Part shown: piece by piece, positions 19,964 through 29,982 of the stretch | Layout of the letters: every line of letters starts with the position of its first letter | How positions within the stretch are numbered: position 1 is the first letter of the stretch | Source: Bacteroidota bacterium | GTDB taxonomy: Bacteria; Bacteroidota; Bacteroidia; JABEUT01 | Assembly (NCBI GenBank): GCA_013288345.1 | Contig: JABDCA010000004.1 | Coordinates: forward strand, 1,351 to 65,350 | Length of the DNA: 64,000 nt | Reading direction: 5' to 3' | Translations under genes and position numbers: made by a program | Notes under the pieces: model-generated | What the model saw: only the letters and a program-made list of their open reading frames with translations | Databases searched by the model: none | What the model was told of the DNA's origin: nothing

Positions 19964-21586
19964 ATGAAAAAGACAATAAACATAAGCCTTGGCGGTATAG
20001 TTTTCCATATTGAGGAAGATGCCCACCAAAAACTATCAGACTACCTTACTGCCATCAGCAATTCGATGCAGGGTTCTGAAGGGCAAAGCGAAATTATGGC
20101 TGATATAGAGGCGCGTATAGCAGAACTGCTTCAGCCGAAGGTGAACGACTTTAAACAGGTAATTACCATTACCGAAGTACAGGAAGTAATTGGCATTATG
20201 GGCGATCCGCAGGAATTTGCCACCGGAACTTCCGATGCAAAAAAAGAAGAACCAATAAACACATCTGAAAAAGGCCGCTACCAATATGGCCAGAGGCGCA
20301 TATTCCGTGACCCTGATGATAAGGTATTGGGCGGTGTGTGCTCGGGTATAGCTTACCATTTCGGAATAGACCCTATATGGATACGCCTTGGTTTTGGGTT
20401 ATCCTTCTTCCTGGGTGGATTCAGCATGTTGCTTTATATACTGTTGCTTATTATTATTCCTAAAGCACGCACCGCTGCCGAAAAGCTTGAAATGCGCGGC
20501 CAGCCGGTAGATATAAACAACATACGCAAGATCATTGAAGAGGATATGCAGGACTTCAAAAAGAAAGCCAAAGATTTTGGTGATGATATGAAGAACTGGA
20601 AAACACGTTCGCGTACTCAGCAGTTCGAAAAGAATGTTGGTGACTTTTTCTCTTCGTTGGGTCATGGCATTGGTGGCCTTGTAGGAGGGATAGTTAAAGG
20701 TATTGTGACTTTTATTGGAATAATACTCGTAATAATATTCTCCTGCATGTTCATTGCACTTGTTGCTTCATTGTGGACAGGCATGAACGTGGTACACATA
20801 CAAACTCACGATGGCCACATGATGGCCTATTCAGTGCACAGCCTGTTTACTATGCTGGCTATACATGGCAGAGAAAAGATGATGCTTCTAGTTGGCTTCT
20901 TTCTCTTTTTAGGTGTGCCGCTTATTGCCTTAATACTACGTTTTGGCAGAGCCATAATGGGTGTTCGTCAAAGTCCGCGTTGGATAAACATGTCGCTGTT
21001 TTTTGTGTGGTTCGCAGGCCTGATTATATTACTTGGAGGTACTATGTTTGCTGCAAAGCATTTCTCAATAAATGGACACACAACCGACGAGGCAAAATTC
21101 ACCCTGCCATCGCATTCAAATACACTATACCTTAAAATGCCCGACCGCAACGACGATGAAGATGTATCCGTACGTATTGATTCCTTGAATTTTTATGTAT
21201 CCGATAATGACCTGTTCCGAGGCAACCCTTCACTTTGCATTGTTACAAGCCCCGATAGCAATTTCCATTTTGTATTAAACAAATGGGCACGTGGCACCAA
21301 TGCCGAAGAAGCTAAAGATGCGGCAAACAGCATCGAGTATTCGTTCACGCAACGCGATTCGAGCTTACAACTTTCGCCCTATTACCAAATTAGCGATGGC
21401 GCACCATGGAGAACTCAGAAGCTGGAAGGAGTACTTGAAATACCATTGAACAAAGCCATTGACATGCCTATAGGTATCGACCATATTATCTGCTCAACCG
21501 TGCACCACCAACATAAGCACTTAGGTGGACATAAGTGGATGATGAGCCAGCAAGGCTTAGTAGCAGATAGCACAAAGAACAATTAA
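19964..21586 (+). CDS. PspC domain-containing membrane protein
   Basis: MKKTINISLGG, DIEARIAEL, RRIFRDPDDKVLGGVCSGIA, IPKARTAAEKLEMRG. Confidence 0.9.
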   Translation: MKKTINISLGGIVFHIEEDAHQKLSDYLTAISNSMQGSEGQSEIMADIEARIAELLQPKVNDFKQVITITEVQEVIGIMGDPQEFATGTSDAKKEEPINTSEKGRYQYGQRRIFRDPDDKVLGGVCSGIAYHFGIDPIWIRLGFGLSFFLGGFSMLLYILLLIIIPKARTAAEKLEMRGQPVDINNIRKIIEEDMQDFKKKAKDFGDDMKNWKTRSRTQQFEKNVGDFFSSLGHGIGGLVGGIVKGIVTFIGIILVIIFSCMFIALVASLWTGMNVVHIQTHDGHMMAYSVHSLFTMLAIHGREKMMLLVGFFLFLGVPLIALILRFGRAIMGVRQSPRWINMSLFFVWFAGLIILLGGTMFAAKHFSINGHTTDEAKFTLPSHSNTLYLKMPDRNDDEDVSVRIDSLNFYVSDNDLFRGNPSLCIVTSPDSNFHFVLNKWARGTNAEEAKDAANSIEYSFTQRDSSLQLSPYYQISDGAPWRTQKLEGVLEIPLNKAIDMPIGIDHIICSTVHHQHKHLGGHKWMMSQQGLVADSTKNN

Positions 21587-21634
21587 AACAATTTGATGAT
21601 TTGATAATTTGATGATTAATAAAAACCAAACACT

Positions 21635-22030
21635 ATGAAAAACATAATTCTACTATCTGTTATTCTCTTTAGCTTTTGCTTATCGGCAAAAGCGCAATCG
21701 AACGGCAAGGCCGACCTCAGAATAGTTAATCCGAAACAAAAGCCTTTATCAGAAACATTTGTTGAATTACTGAATGCAAAAGACTCGAGCCTGGTACAGT
21801 TTGCCATAACCGACAAAATGGGACTAGTTGAATTTAAAGGCCTGCAAAAAGGCAGCTACATGGCCTTTATCCCTGAAATTGGCAGCAAAAACTATGTTGC
21901 ATACTTGTTCAACATTAGTAACTATGATGAAGCATACGACATAACTCTGTTATGTAAACTGTGCACTGAGATTACCATTGTCGCTCAAAACCAAGGCACT
22001 GGTAGTAAAAGGGATGGCAAAATAGGCTAA
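21635..22030 (+). CDS. exported protein, carboxypeptidase-regulatory-like/prealbumin-like fold
   Basis: signal peptide AKA-Q; VELLNAKDSSLV, TDKMG..F.GL..GSY. Confidence 0.65.
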   Translation: MKNIILLSVILFSFCLSAKAQSNGKADLRIVNPKQKPLSETFVELLNAKDSSLVQFAITDKMGLVEFKGLQKGSYMAFIPEIGSKNYVAYLFNISNYDEAYDITLLCKLCTEITIVAQNQGTGSKRDGKIG

Positions 22031-22172
22031 GTAATACTACTCATAGCGAACCCTTCTCTACAAAATAGAGAGGGGTTCTGTATTGTAAAAAAGCCCTCTA
22101 TATCAGGTCTGAAAAGCGGAAATCCATAAATAATCAGTAAATTCGTCGGAATAGTGGTATTACCCTTTATCG

Positions 22173-25100
22173 ATGAATCATAACTACTCAAAACATTTTT
22201 ATTTATCCAGGTTATGGTTCTGGCTGCTTTTATTATTTCCATATACATTAATTGGGCAGACTTATTGGGTGCAAGATGCAGGTGGTTCAACCATTGATGA
22301 GGCATACAGCATTTCATCTGATGCAGGTGGAAATACCTATACTACAGGATATTTTTCAGGCACAGCTTCTTTTGGCTCATTATCATTAACAACTTTAGGG
22401 GTTTCAGATATTTTCGTTACAAAAACTGATAACAATGGAAATTTTTTATGGGCTGTACAAGCCGGAGGAGCAGGCTCTTGCAGAGGGTTGGCTATAAAAG
22501 CCGATGCGGCAGGCAATAGCTATATTACAGGGTTCTATTACGGTGCAGCAACATTTGGTGTTAAAACAATTATCTCAACCGGATCACAGGACGTCTTTAT
22601 TGCCAAGTACGATAACAATGGAAATTTTTTATGGGTAGCAACTGCAGGTGGCCCTTTAGCCGATATAGGTAACGCTATTACGGTAGATAATGCTGGAAAT
22701 GTTTTAGTTACAGGCGAGTTTGCAGGAACCGCCAAGTTTGGCCCATTAACACTAACCAGTACAAACAGCAATATAAATATATTCACCACCAAGCTTGACG
22801 GGAATGGAAATTTTTTATGGGCACAAATGGGTTCTGGCCCGCATACTGATAAGGGCCTGGGTGTTGGATGCGACCCAGCAGGAAATGTATATGTAACCGG
22901 GCAATTTACCGATACGGTTACCTTTAATAATGTACATGCAACAAATCTTTATAACGCAATTTTTTTAATAAAATACAACAGCGCCGGGCTGGAACAGTGG
23001 TTTACATTTGCAGGCGGTGGCACTTTGAATATTGCCAATGGTATAGCGGTTGACAACAATTCAAATATTTATTTAACCGGAAATTTTACCGGAACACTGA
23101 GCTTTTTTGCATCACCCACTGTTACACTTACCAATAAGTATAACAACCGCATTTTTGTTGCAAAATATAATAAGAATGGAAATTTACTGTGGGATGTCTC
23201 CGATGGCTCTTCAAGTTCAGTTTCAGCCAATGCCATATCATTAGATGGTGCCGGCAATCCATATATTATCGGCAATTTCGATTGCCGCTTTAACAGTTAT
23301 GCTGACCAGTATGGCCAGGGTACATTTAATACAGTTGGCTACTGGGATATTTTTGTAGCAGAGTATGCTACAACAACCGGAGCATGGCAATTCAGCAGGC
23401 AGATAGGAGGCCATAGAGATGACCTGGGTTATGGTATTTCGGTAGATCCGGCTGGAGATATTTATACTGCCGGAAGCTTTAACCAGGATATAATTTTCAC
23501 GAGCGATCCGAGCTTTATTGGTTATGATTATTACCCTGCAACATGCAATTCTGCCTATTGTGCCGATAACAACTATGGCAGCTTTGAATATCTTTTAACT
23601 CAAGGCAGTAGTGATATTTTTATTGCAAAACCTATCGACCTTACCAGACAGCCTTATGATTTTTATATTCGTAGCGGAGGTGGATGCACAAGGCCGGTTG
23701 TAGGCGTATGTATTGATACCACATGCCCCGACACTGTACAATTTTGCGTATCGGGCACAATAAATGCAATTCCAAAAACCTGCGCAGTTGCAGGACCAGA
23801 TTATACTTATAAATGGTCGAACGGAGGCGCATCACAGGCAATTACTGTATCCAGCACCGGTTGGTATTCGGTTATTCAAACTTCGGCAGATGGCTGTTTT
23901 CAGAGCCATGATAGTATTTATGTCATTATACACCCCGGGCCTCCAATACCTACTATTACAGATAATCTGGGAATAAACATAAACTCACAAAATCCCCAAC
24001 CAATTATAGTATGCGAGAAAAAGGTAAACTTAACCGGAGGCAATTTCGGAACTAATATCTATTACTGGTCGAGCGGTCCACATAATGATTCAACAAGTTT
24101 TTATGCCGTTGACTCGAATGGAATGTATTGTTTTCATGTAACAGATACGTTGGGGTGTAAAAACTCCGTATGTGTTAACGTAACCATCGAAGACTCATTA
24201 CCAATTATTAAACCCGCTTTGACTTGCCTTGGGTGTAAACATGATTCCATTGCATTTTGCAAAGGAAGTTCCTTTACTATGTTTGCTTACGATTCAATAT
24301 CAAATCCCGGAGTGATTCAAACACTATGTATTCCTCCAGGTTCAACTTACATTAAAAATACCTGGTCAGTAACCCCTAATGATAGTGTAACATTCAGCCC
24401 GACTACAAATTGTCCTTCTTCAAATTCTTTTACGCCTAAAGATTCAGGCTGGTACACCATTATAGATACTATTAAGCGAAAGAACCTTTGCGATTCTGAT
24501 GTTTACGTTGTTACCGATTCAATATTTGTAAGAATATACCCTATACCTATTGATAGTAGCTTAAGCATAAAAGGTATTTCACAAATATGCCCGGGCGATT
24601 CAGTATTACTTATTGCTTCAGGAATAAATTTCGTTTGGTCGACCGGCAGTACTCAAGACAGCATATGGGCAGGCATAGGCAGCTATAGTATTCAATCGTC
24701 CGTCACCAACCAATATGGGTGCTCGGCATCTGCCGGAGCCAGTACCAGTGTCTCATTAAAAACTGCACCTACGGTTAATGTAAGTGCAAACAATACTACA
24801 ATCTGCCCTGGCGATTCGGTATTACTGACATGTTCAGGGACCGGGGCCTTTCAATGGCAGGGAGCAACAGGTACATTAGGGACAGATTCAAATTTATACG
24901 TTACAACGGCAGGTGCTTATTATTGTGTGTTGACAGACACTAATTATTGTGTTCCCGTATTATCGAACACTGCAAATATTCTTTCCTACTCCACCCCATT
25001 CCTCGCTACAAGTAGCGTAATTATTTGCCCGGGCGATTCGGCACAACTGGTTGTTGTAGCATCTGCCGGAAGCACAATTCAATGGCAAGCGCCATTCAGC

Positions 25101-27365
25101 GGAAGTGATAGCATAAAATATGCCAGTAATCCGGGCACCTATAGTTGTGAAATATCAAGCTGCGGTATAATTACTATTTGCAACATTACAATTTCCATTT
25201 CAAGTCCGGTGGCAGGTATTACCGCTTCACCATTAGTAATATATTGTACCGGCGATTCCGTTGTTCTTACAGGCAATAATGGCCAAGCCCTTTATGAATG
25301 GTATCCTGGTAACAGTAGCAACCAATCAATTGCCGTTAAAAATGCAGGCACCTATACATTGGTTACCACAAATGCAGATGGGTGTACCGCTTCAGACACT
25401 TTAACTGTAGCCGAGTTGCCGGCAATTGTTCCCGGTTTTATTATCGCAAACGCGCCATGCTTTGGCGATAGCGGCACAATACAAATGGGTACAACAGGCG
25501 GATCGCCGCCATACCACTACTTATGGAGTACAGGCTCAACAACATCAGCAATACGCGATACGATAGGTTTTTATAAAGTTATTATTATCGATGCACAAGG
25601 CTGTATTGATAGTGCCAGTGCAACAATAACAGAACCTGCAAAATTAATAGCTATGGCTAAGGGAACAAATCCACTTTGTTACGATAGCACCGGAAACATT
25701 ACAACACAGGGTACATCAGGAGGAACCGCTCCTTACTACTACCTCTGGAATAATGGAGCTACAAGTTCAGCCATTGCTGCTACTGCAGGCGCATACACAG
25801 TAATTATAAAAGACACAAATGGCTGTGCTGATACAACCAGCGTAACATTAACCCAACCAACACAAATAAAAGATTCCATTACAATACTTGCAAATGAAAT
25901 ATGCAATGGAGACAGTATTGGCAGCGCTGCAATACTTGTATCAGGTGGTATATTACCCTACACATATTCATGGAATTCGACACCAGCCCAAACAACAACC
26001 ATAGCAACAGGCCTATTTGCCGGAGTATATAATGCAACTGTTACAGATTCCAATGGTTGCATTACCACCATTACAGCAACTATAACACAACCTGCATTGG
26101 TTAAAACTTCAGCAAGCGCTGCAACTATATGCATCGGGCAAAAAGATACAGCCTTTGCAACATCGACCGGCGGAACACCGCCATATACTTATTTATGGAG
26201 CACAGGCGCTACTACTTCAAGCATTATTATTAATCCCACTATTACAACAACCTACATAGTTAAATCAACCCTCGACTCGAATAAATGTAAAGGAGCACCG
26301 GATACTATTGTTGTTAAGGTAAATCCGCCATTAACTATAGTAACCATAAGCCCCGATACAATTTGCCCCGGTAGTACCGCCACCCTTAAAGCCACAGGAA
26401 GTGGCGGAGACGGAACGTATACCTATACCTGGCAACCGGGAAATATGTCGGGGCCATCAGTGACTGCATCGCCCACTAGCGATACTACTTATACTGTTAT
26501 ATTAACTGATGGCTGCAACACACCACCCGATACAGGAAAGGTAAAAGTTATTATTATCCCTTTACCGCTAGTCAAGTTTAAAGCAGATTCGCTAAGTGGC
26601 TGTACTCCACTGTGCGTAACCTTTACCAATAAAAGCATAGTTACAGACGGAACTATTGCATCATTAGTATGGACATTTGGCAATGGCGACAGTTCATCTA
26701 TTAATCCGGGTAAAACATGTTATGACAGTGCAGGCTCGTTTACGGTCGGGTTAACAATTACCTCAAGTATAGGATGCTCGGCCACACTAACAATGCCAAA
26801 TATGATAACTTCCTATAGTCATCCTATAGCAGCTTTTACATACGGCCCAACACCAACAACCACAGCAGATTTGCTGATTTATTTTAACAATGAGAGTACC
26901 GATGCCTACGGAATACAGAAAAACCTATGGCAATTCAATGAATTACCTTACGATTCAATTACAACTATAAATAACCCAAGTTACCTTTATCATGATGCAG
27001 GCAATTTCTGTCCGGAACTTACAGTAACCAATATTCACGGCTGCGTTAATTCAGTAACCGAGTGCATGAATATAGCGCCCTTCTTTACTATTTATATACC
27101 CAATGCATTTACGCCAAACGGGGACAAAATAAATGGAACATTTGAGCCCAAAGGCGATTTTATTTGCGACTTTAGCATGTCGATTTATGACCGTTGGGGC
27201 ATGTTGTTGTATTACACAAAGGATATAAACCACGGTTGGGATGGAACTGTACAGGGAGGTTCGACACCTGTACAGGAAGATACTTATCTTTATTTAATAC
27301 AAGTAACCAACTGTATTGATCAAACAAAGCATAAGTTTTTAGGCAAAGTAACTGTTATAGAATAG
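22173..27365 (+). CDS. large T9SS type-B CTD surface protein (SBBP beta-propeller, Cys-rich Ig-like/SprB repeats, PKD)
   Basis: repeats D..GN.Y.TG.F / DIFV.KY..G..W; GG..PY.Y.W repeats; WTFGNG; C-terminal YIPNAFTPNGD...IYDRWG...GWDG. Confidence 0.92.
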   Translation: MNHNYSKHFYLSRLWFWLLLLFPYTLIGQTYWVQDAGGSTIDEAYSISSDAGGNTYTTGYFSGTASFGSLSLTTLGVSDIFVTKTDNNGNFLWAVQAGGAGSCRGLAIKADAAGNSYITGFYYGAATFGVKTIISTGSQDVFIAKYDNNGNFLWVATAGGPLADIGNAITVDNAGNVLVTGEFAGTAKFGPLTLTSTNSNINIFTTKLDGNGNFLWAQMGSGPHTDKGLGVGCDPAGNVYVTGQFTDTVTFNNVHATNLYNAIFLIKYNSAGLEQWFTFAGGGTLNIANGIAVDNNSNIYLTGNFTGTLSFFASPTVTLTNKYNNRIFVAKYNKNGNLLWDVSDGSSSSVSANAISLDGAGNPYIIGNFDCRFNSYADQYGQGTFNTVGYWDIFVAEYATTTGAWQFSRQIGGHRDDLGYGISVDPAGDIYTAGSFNQDIIFTSDPSFIGYDYYPATCNSAYCADNNYGSFEYLLTQGSSDIFIAKPIDLTRQPYDFYIRSGGGCTRPVVGVCIDTTCPDTVQFCVSGTINAIPKTCAVAGPDYTYKWSNGGASQAITVSSTGWYSVIQTSADGCFQSHDSIYVIIHPGPPIPTITDNLGININSQNPQPIIVCEKKVNLTGGNFGTNIYYWSSGPHNDSTSFYAVDSNGMYCFHVTDTLGCKNSVCVNVTIEDSLPIIKPALTCLGCKHDSIAFCKGSSFTMFAYDSISNPGVIQTLCIPPGSTYIKNTWSVTPNDSVTFSPTTNCPSSNSFTPKDSGWYTIIDTIKRKNLCDSDVYVVTDSIFVRIYPIPIDSSLSIKGISQICPGDSVLLIASGINFVWSTGSTQDSIWAGIGSYSIQSSVTNQYGCSASAGASTSVSLKTAPTVNVSANNTTICPGDSVLLTCSGTGAFQWQGATGTLGTDSNLYVTTAGAYYCVLTDTNYCVPVLSNTANILSYSTPFLATSSVIICPGDSAQLVVVASAGSTIQWQAPFSGSDSIKYASNPGTYSCEISSCGIITICNITISISSPVAGITASPLVIYCTGDSVVLTGNNGQALYEWYPGNSSNQSIAVKNAGTYTLVTTNADGCTASDTLTVAELPAIVPGFIIANAPCFGDSGTIQMGTTGGSPPYHYLWSTGSTTSAIRDTIGFYKVIIIDAQGCIDSASATITEPAKLIAMAKGTNPLCYDSTGNITTQGTSGGTAPYYYLWNNGATSSAIAATAGAYTVIIKDTNGCADTTSVTLTQPTQIKDSITILANEICNGDSIGSAAILVSGGILPYTYSWNSTPAQTTTIATGLFAGVYNATVTDSNGCITTITATITQPALVKTSASAATICIGQKDTAFATSTGGTPPYTYLWSTGATTSSIIINPTITTTYIVKSTLDSNKCKGAPDTIVVKVNPPLTIVTISPDTICPGSTATLKATGSGGDGTYTYTWQPGNMSGPSVTASPTSDTTYTVILTDGCNTPPDTGKVKVIIIPLPLVKFKADSLSGCTPLCVTFTNKSIVTDGTIASLVWTFGNGDSSSINPGKTCYDSAGSFTVGLTITSSIGCSATLTMPNMITSYSHPIAAFTYGPTPTTTADLLIYFNNESTDAYGIQKNLWQFNELPYDSITTINNPSYLYHDAGNFCPELTVTNIHGCVNSVTECMNIAPFFTIYIPNAFTPNGDKINGTFEPKGDFICDFSMSIYDRWGMLLYYTKDINHGWDGTVQGGSTPVQEDTYLYLIQVTNCIDQTKHKFLGKVTVIE

Positions 27366-27419
27366 CACTTAATCAATAAGACCGTTAATCTCATATCTTT
27401 ACGCCCTCAAATTGCTCAA

Positions 27420-27506
27420 GGAGAGTTGTCCGAGTGGCTTAAGGAGCACGCCTGGAAAGCGTGTGTACTCGAAAGGGTCCCGAGGGTTCGAATCCCCCAC
27501 TCTCCG
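27420..27506 (+). tRNA. tRNA-Ser(GGA)
   Basis: acceptor GGAGAGT/ACTCTCC, anticodon arm CACGC-CTGGAAA-GCGTG, long variable arm, TTCGAAT T-loop; one A-C mismatch in T-stem. Confidence 0.92.
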
Positions 27507-27667
27507 CAAATAAAAAAGCAACCCCACATTTGTGGGGTTTGTCTTTTATGAGAGAAAGAAGAAAACTTGTTTTCGAAATGAAACGAATAAAAGACAAAAA
27601 CCGATAGGTTGCTTTTTTATTTAAGCCACCTAAAAGAGATCACCGCAGGTAATCCCCCACTCTCCGC
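27491..27667. mobile_element. tRNA 3'-end direct repeat flanking a 143-bp palindromic insert (att-like scar or miniature element)
   Basis: AATCCCCCACTCTCCGC at 27491-507 and 27651-67; internal 16-bp and 12-bp nested IRs. Confidence 0.65.
27520..27549 (+). terminator. intrinsic terminator after tRNA-Ser
   Basis: AACCCCACA-TT-TGTGGGGTT followed by T-rich tract. Confidence 0.6.
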
Positions 27668-27805
27668 CTTCGGTCGTCATATCGATCATACTTTGCCAAT
27701 TTATTATGGTTCATTATATGAAATTTTTATGCGTTCGACTAAAATCTTAAATAAAGGAACATATTGAATATTATCTTAGTGCCACTAAAGCTATAACTAA
27801 ACATC

Positions 27806-28399
27806 ATGAGAAAAATAATTGTCCTAACATTTATAACATTAGACGGTGTAATGCAAGCACCCGGTGGGCCTGGGGAAGACACATCAGGCGGATTCAAATA
27901 TGGTGGTTGGAGTGCTCCGTATGGTGGTGAAGTTGGTGGTAAGATCATGCAAAAGCAGATGAAACCAGCAGATATGCTTTTGGGCAGAAAAACATTTGAG
28001 ATCTTTGCCGGCTACTGGCCTGAACATGCGGATTATTGGCCCGGTATCAATGATGTCAAAAAATATGTCCTGTCAAAGACCATGAAAAAGTCTGATTGGA
28101 AAAACTCTGTTTTCCTAAAAAGCCTGGCAGATATAAAAAAACTAAGGAACTCAAAAGGCTCTGAAATTAAAGTTTGGGGCAGCGGTGAGTTAACGCAGTT
28201 GCTCCTTAAGAATGACCTGGTAGACGAACTTTGGCTCAAAATTTACCCGGTGACTCTTGGAAAAGGGAAAAAATTGTTTGACAAGGGCACTATTCCGGCA
28301 GCATTTACATTAACAGAGAGTACAGTTACACCCAATGGTGTGATTTTTGTCAATTACAGGCGGGCCGGAAAAGTGAAGACAGGTACTATGGGAGCTTGA
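27806..28399 (+). CDS. dihydrofolate reductase-like protein (RibD C-terminal family)
   Basis: FITLDGVMQAPGG, LLGRKTF, WGSGEL, LVDE, PVTLGKGKKLF. Confidence 0.9.
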   Translation: MRKIIVLTFITLDGVMQAPGGPGEDTSGGFKYGGWSAPYGGEVGGKIMQKQMKPADMLLGRKTFEIFAGYWPEHADYWPGINDVKKYVLSKTMKKSDWKNSVFLKSLADIKKLRNSKGSEIKVWGSGELTQLLLKNDLVDELWLKIYPVTLGKGKKLFDKGTIPAAFTLTESTVTPNGVIFVNYRRAGKVKTGTMGA

Positions 28400-28451
28400 G
28401 GCTGTTAATCTGCCAAAAAAATCTAAGAAGAATAACAATTAGAAATAAAAC

Positions 28452-29015
28452 ATGAGAAAACTAATTGCAGGAATAAATATGACATTGGACGGCTTTTGCG
28501 ACCACAACGCAATGATTGCAGACGATGAAACACATCAACACTTTAATGAGATATTACTTACCGCAGATACTATTTTATGGGGAAGGACAACGTATCAACT
28601 AATGGAGAGTTACTGGCCGGCGATACTAAAAAGCCCTACCGGTAACAAACCGGAAGATGAATTTGCAGCATTAGTAGACAATATTTCAAAGATCGTTTTT
28701 TCACGCACGCTTAAACATATTGATTGGAAAAATACGGAATTGAAAAAGTATATCATTAAAGAAGACATTTTAAAACTCAAGCAGCAAGCGGGTAAAAACA
28801 TTTTAGTGGGCAGTCCAAGTTTAATAGTAGCCTTAACGCAAATGAGTTTAATTGATGAATATTGGCTTGTGGTTCATCCGGTTATTTCAGGAAGCGGATT
28901 ACCTTTATTTAAAAACATGAGAGAAAGAGTTGATCTTAAACTCTTAAAAACAAAACCATTGGATAGTGGTGCAGTAGCTCTTTACTATGAGCCGACGAAA
29001 AGAAACACTCATTGA
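28452..29015 (+). CDS. dihydrofolate reductase-like protein (RibD C-terminal family)
   Basis: NMTLDGF, GRTTYQLM, KIVFSRTL, GSPSLI, HPVISGSGLPLF. Confidence 0.9.
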   Translation: MRKLIAGINMTLDGFCDHNAMIADDETHQHFNEILLTADTILWGRTTYQLMESYWPAILKSPTGNKPEDEFAALVDNISKIVFSRTLKHIDWKNTELKKYIIKEDILKLKQQAGKNILVGSPSLIVALTQMSLIDEYWLVVHPVISGSGLPLFKNMRERVDLKLLKTKPLDSGAVALYYEPTKRNTH

Positions 29016-29044
29016 CTCTTTGTAAAAGCCACATGGAGTATCAT

Positions 29045-29884
29045 TTACTCCCAACCCATCAATTCAGTTGAACTGAAAGTCCATTGTGGAGTAGCTAATT
29101 CATTCGATATAGCTGCAACACAATACCATGGACTTAAGTCAGAATTATTATAGTTCTTCAATATCTGGGTATCCTGTGCAGGCATATAACCCTGTGCAAG
29201 CAAAAACACTTTTCCTCCACTCGAATTTTCGGCTACGTCAATAACAATCTCTGCATGCCCGGGAGAACCACCATGTATAAAAACATCGCCAATAGCAATG
29301 TTCTTAATATCTTTATGCTTAAGGCTTTTCGAAAGCGATAATGTACCTGCATAAGCAAAAACCATATCCATATAGCTCCTGAAAATTTTATATGTATTTG
29401 CAGATTCAGCAGATTTCACCCATGAAACCTTATTGCCATTTACTACAATCCTATTGCCTTTCATCCACTCAGAATAATCAGCTTTAAAGCCATTGGTAAA
29501 GTTGAATGAAATTTTATCGAACTGTTTTTGCGCATAAAAATACTCAGCCCTTAATCTCATAATAGCATCGGCACACTGTTGCAAGTCTTTATTTTCCAAA
29601 TCCATATTTACAACAGCCTCATACACATCCTCCGACTTATCATAACCATTAAAGTATTTTACTTTAGTGCCAACCGGCTTCAACGGAACATTACGCAGAT
29701 ATGCAGCAAATGAAGTAGAATCTGCTTGCTTACGTGTGAATCCTGTAGGGGTATTAAATCGCGATTGAACAGTCATCCCCTGCGGGTTTATAATACCTGC
29801 ATTAACAGGTTGCTTAACTGCAATTATAAATGAGCAAAAGCAAATAATCGAAATAAGAAGTAGTGGTATACTTAATCGCCTCAT
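29045..29884 (-). CDS. DUF4846-like exported protein
   Basis: DLQQCADAIMRLRAEY, YAGTLSL, GGSPGHA, LAQGYMPAQ. Confidence 0.8.
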   Translation of the reverse strand: MRRLSIPLLLISIICFCSFIIAVKQPVNAGIINPQGMTVQSRFNTPTGFTRKQADSTSFAAYLRNVPLKPVGTKVKYFNGYDKSEDVYEAVVNMDLENKDLQQCADAIMRLRAEYFYAQKQFDKISFNFTNGFKADYSEWMKGNRIVVNGNKVSWVKSAESANTYKIFRSYMDMVFAYAGTLSLSKSLKHKDIKNIAIGDVFIHGGSPGHAEIVIDVAENSSGGKVFLLAQGYMPAQDTQILKNYNNSDLSPWYCVAAISNELATPQWTFSSTELMGWE

Positions 29885-29982
29885 ACATACAAATCTATGA
29901 AATCCATCACTAAAAAACAATGCATACTTGCAAAGTTTCGCATTTAATATACTTTTAATGAATTATTTGTGATACTCAATCG

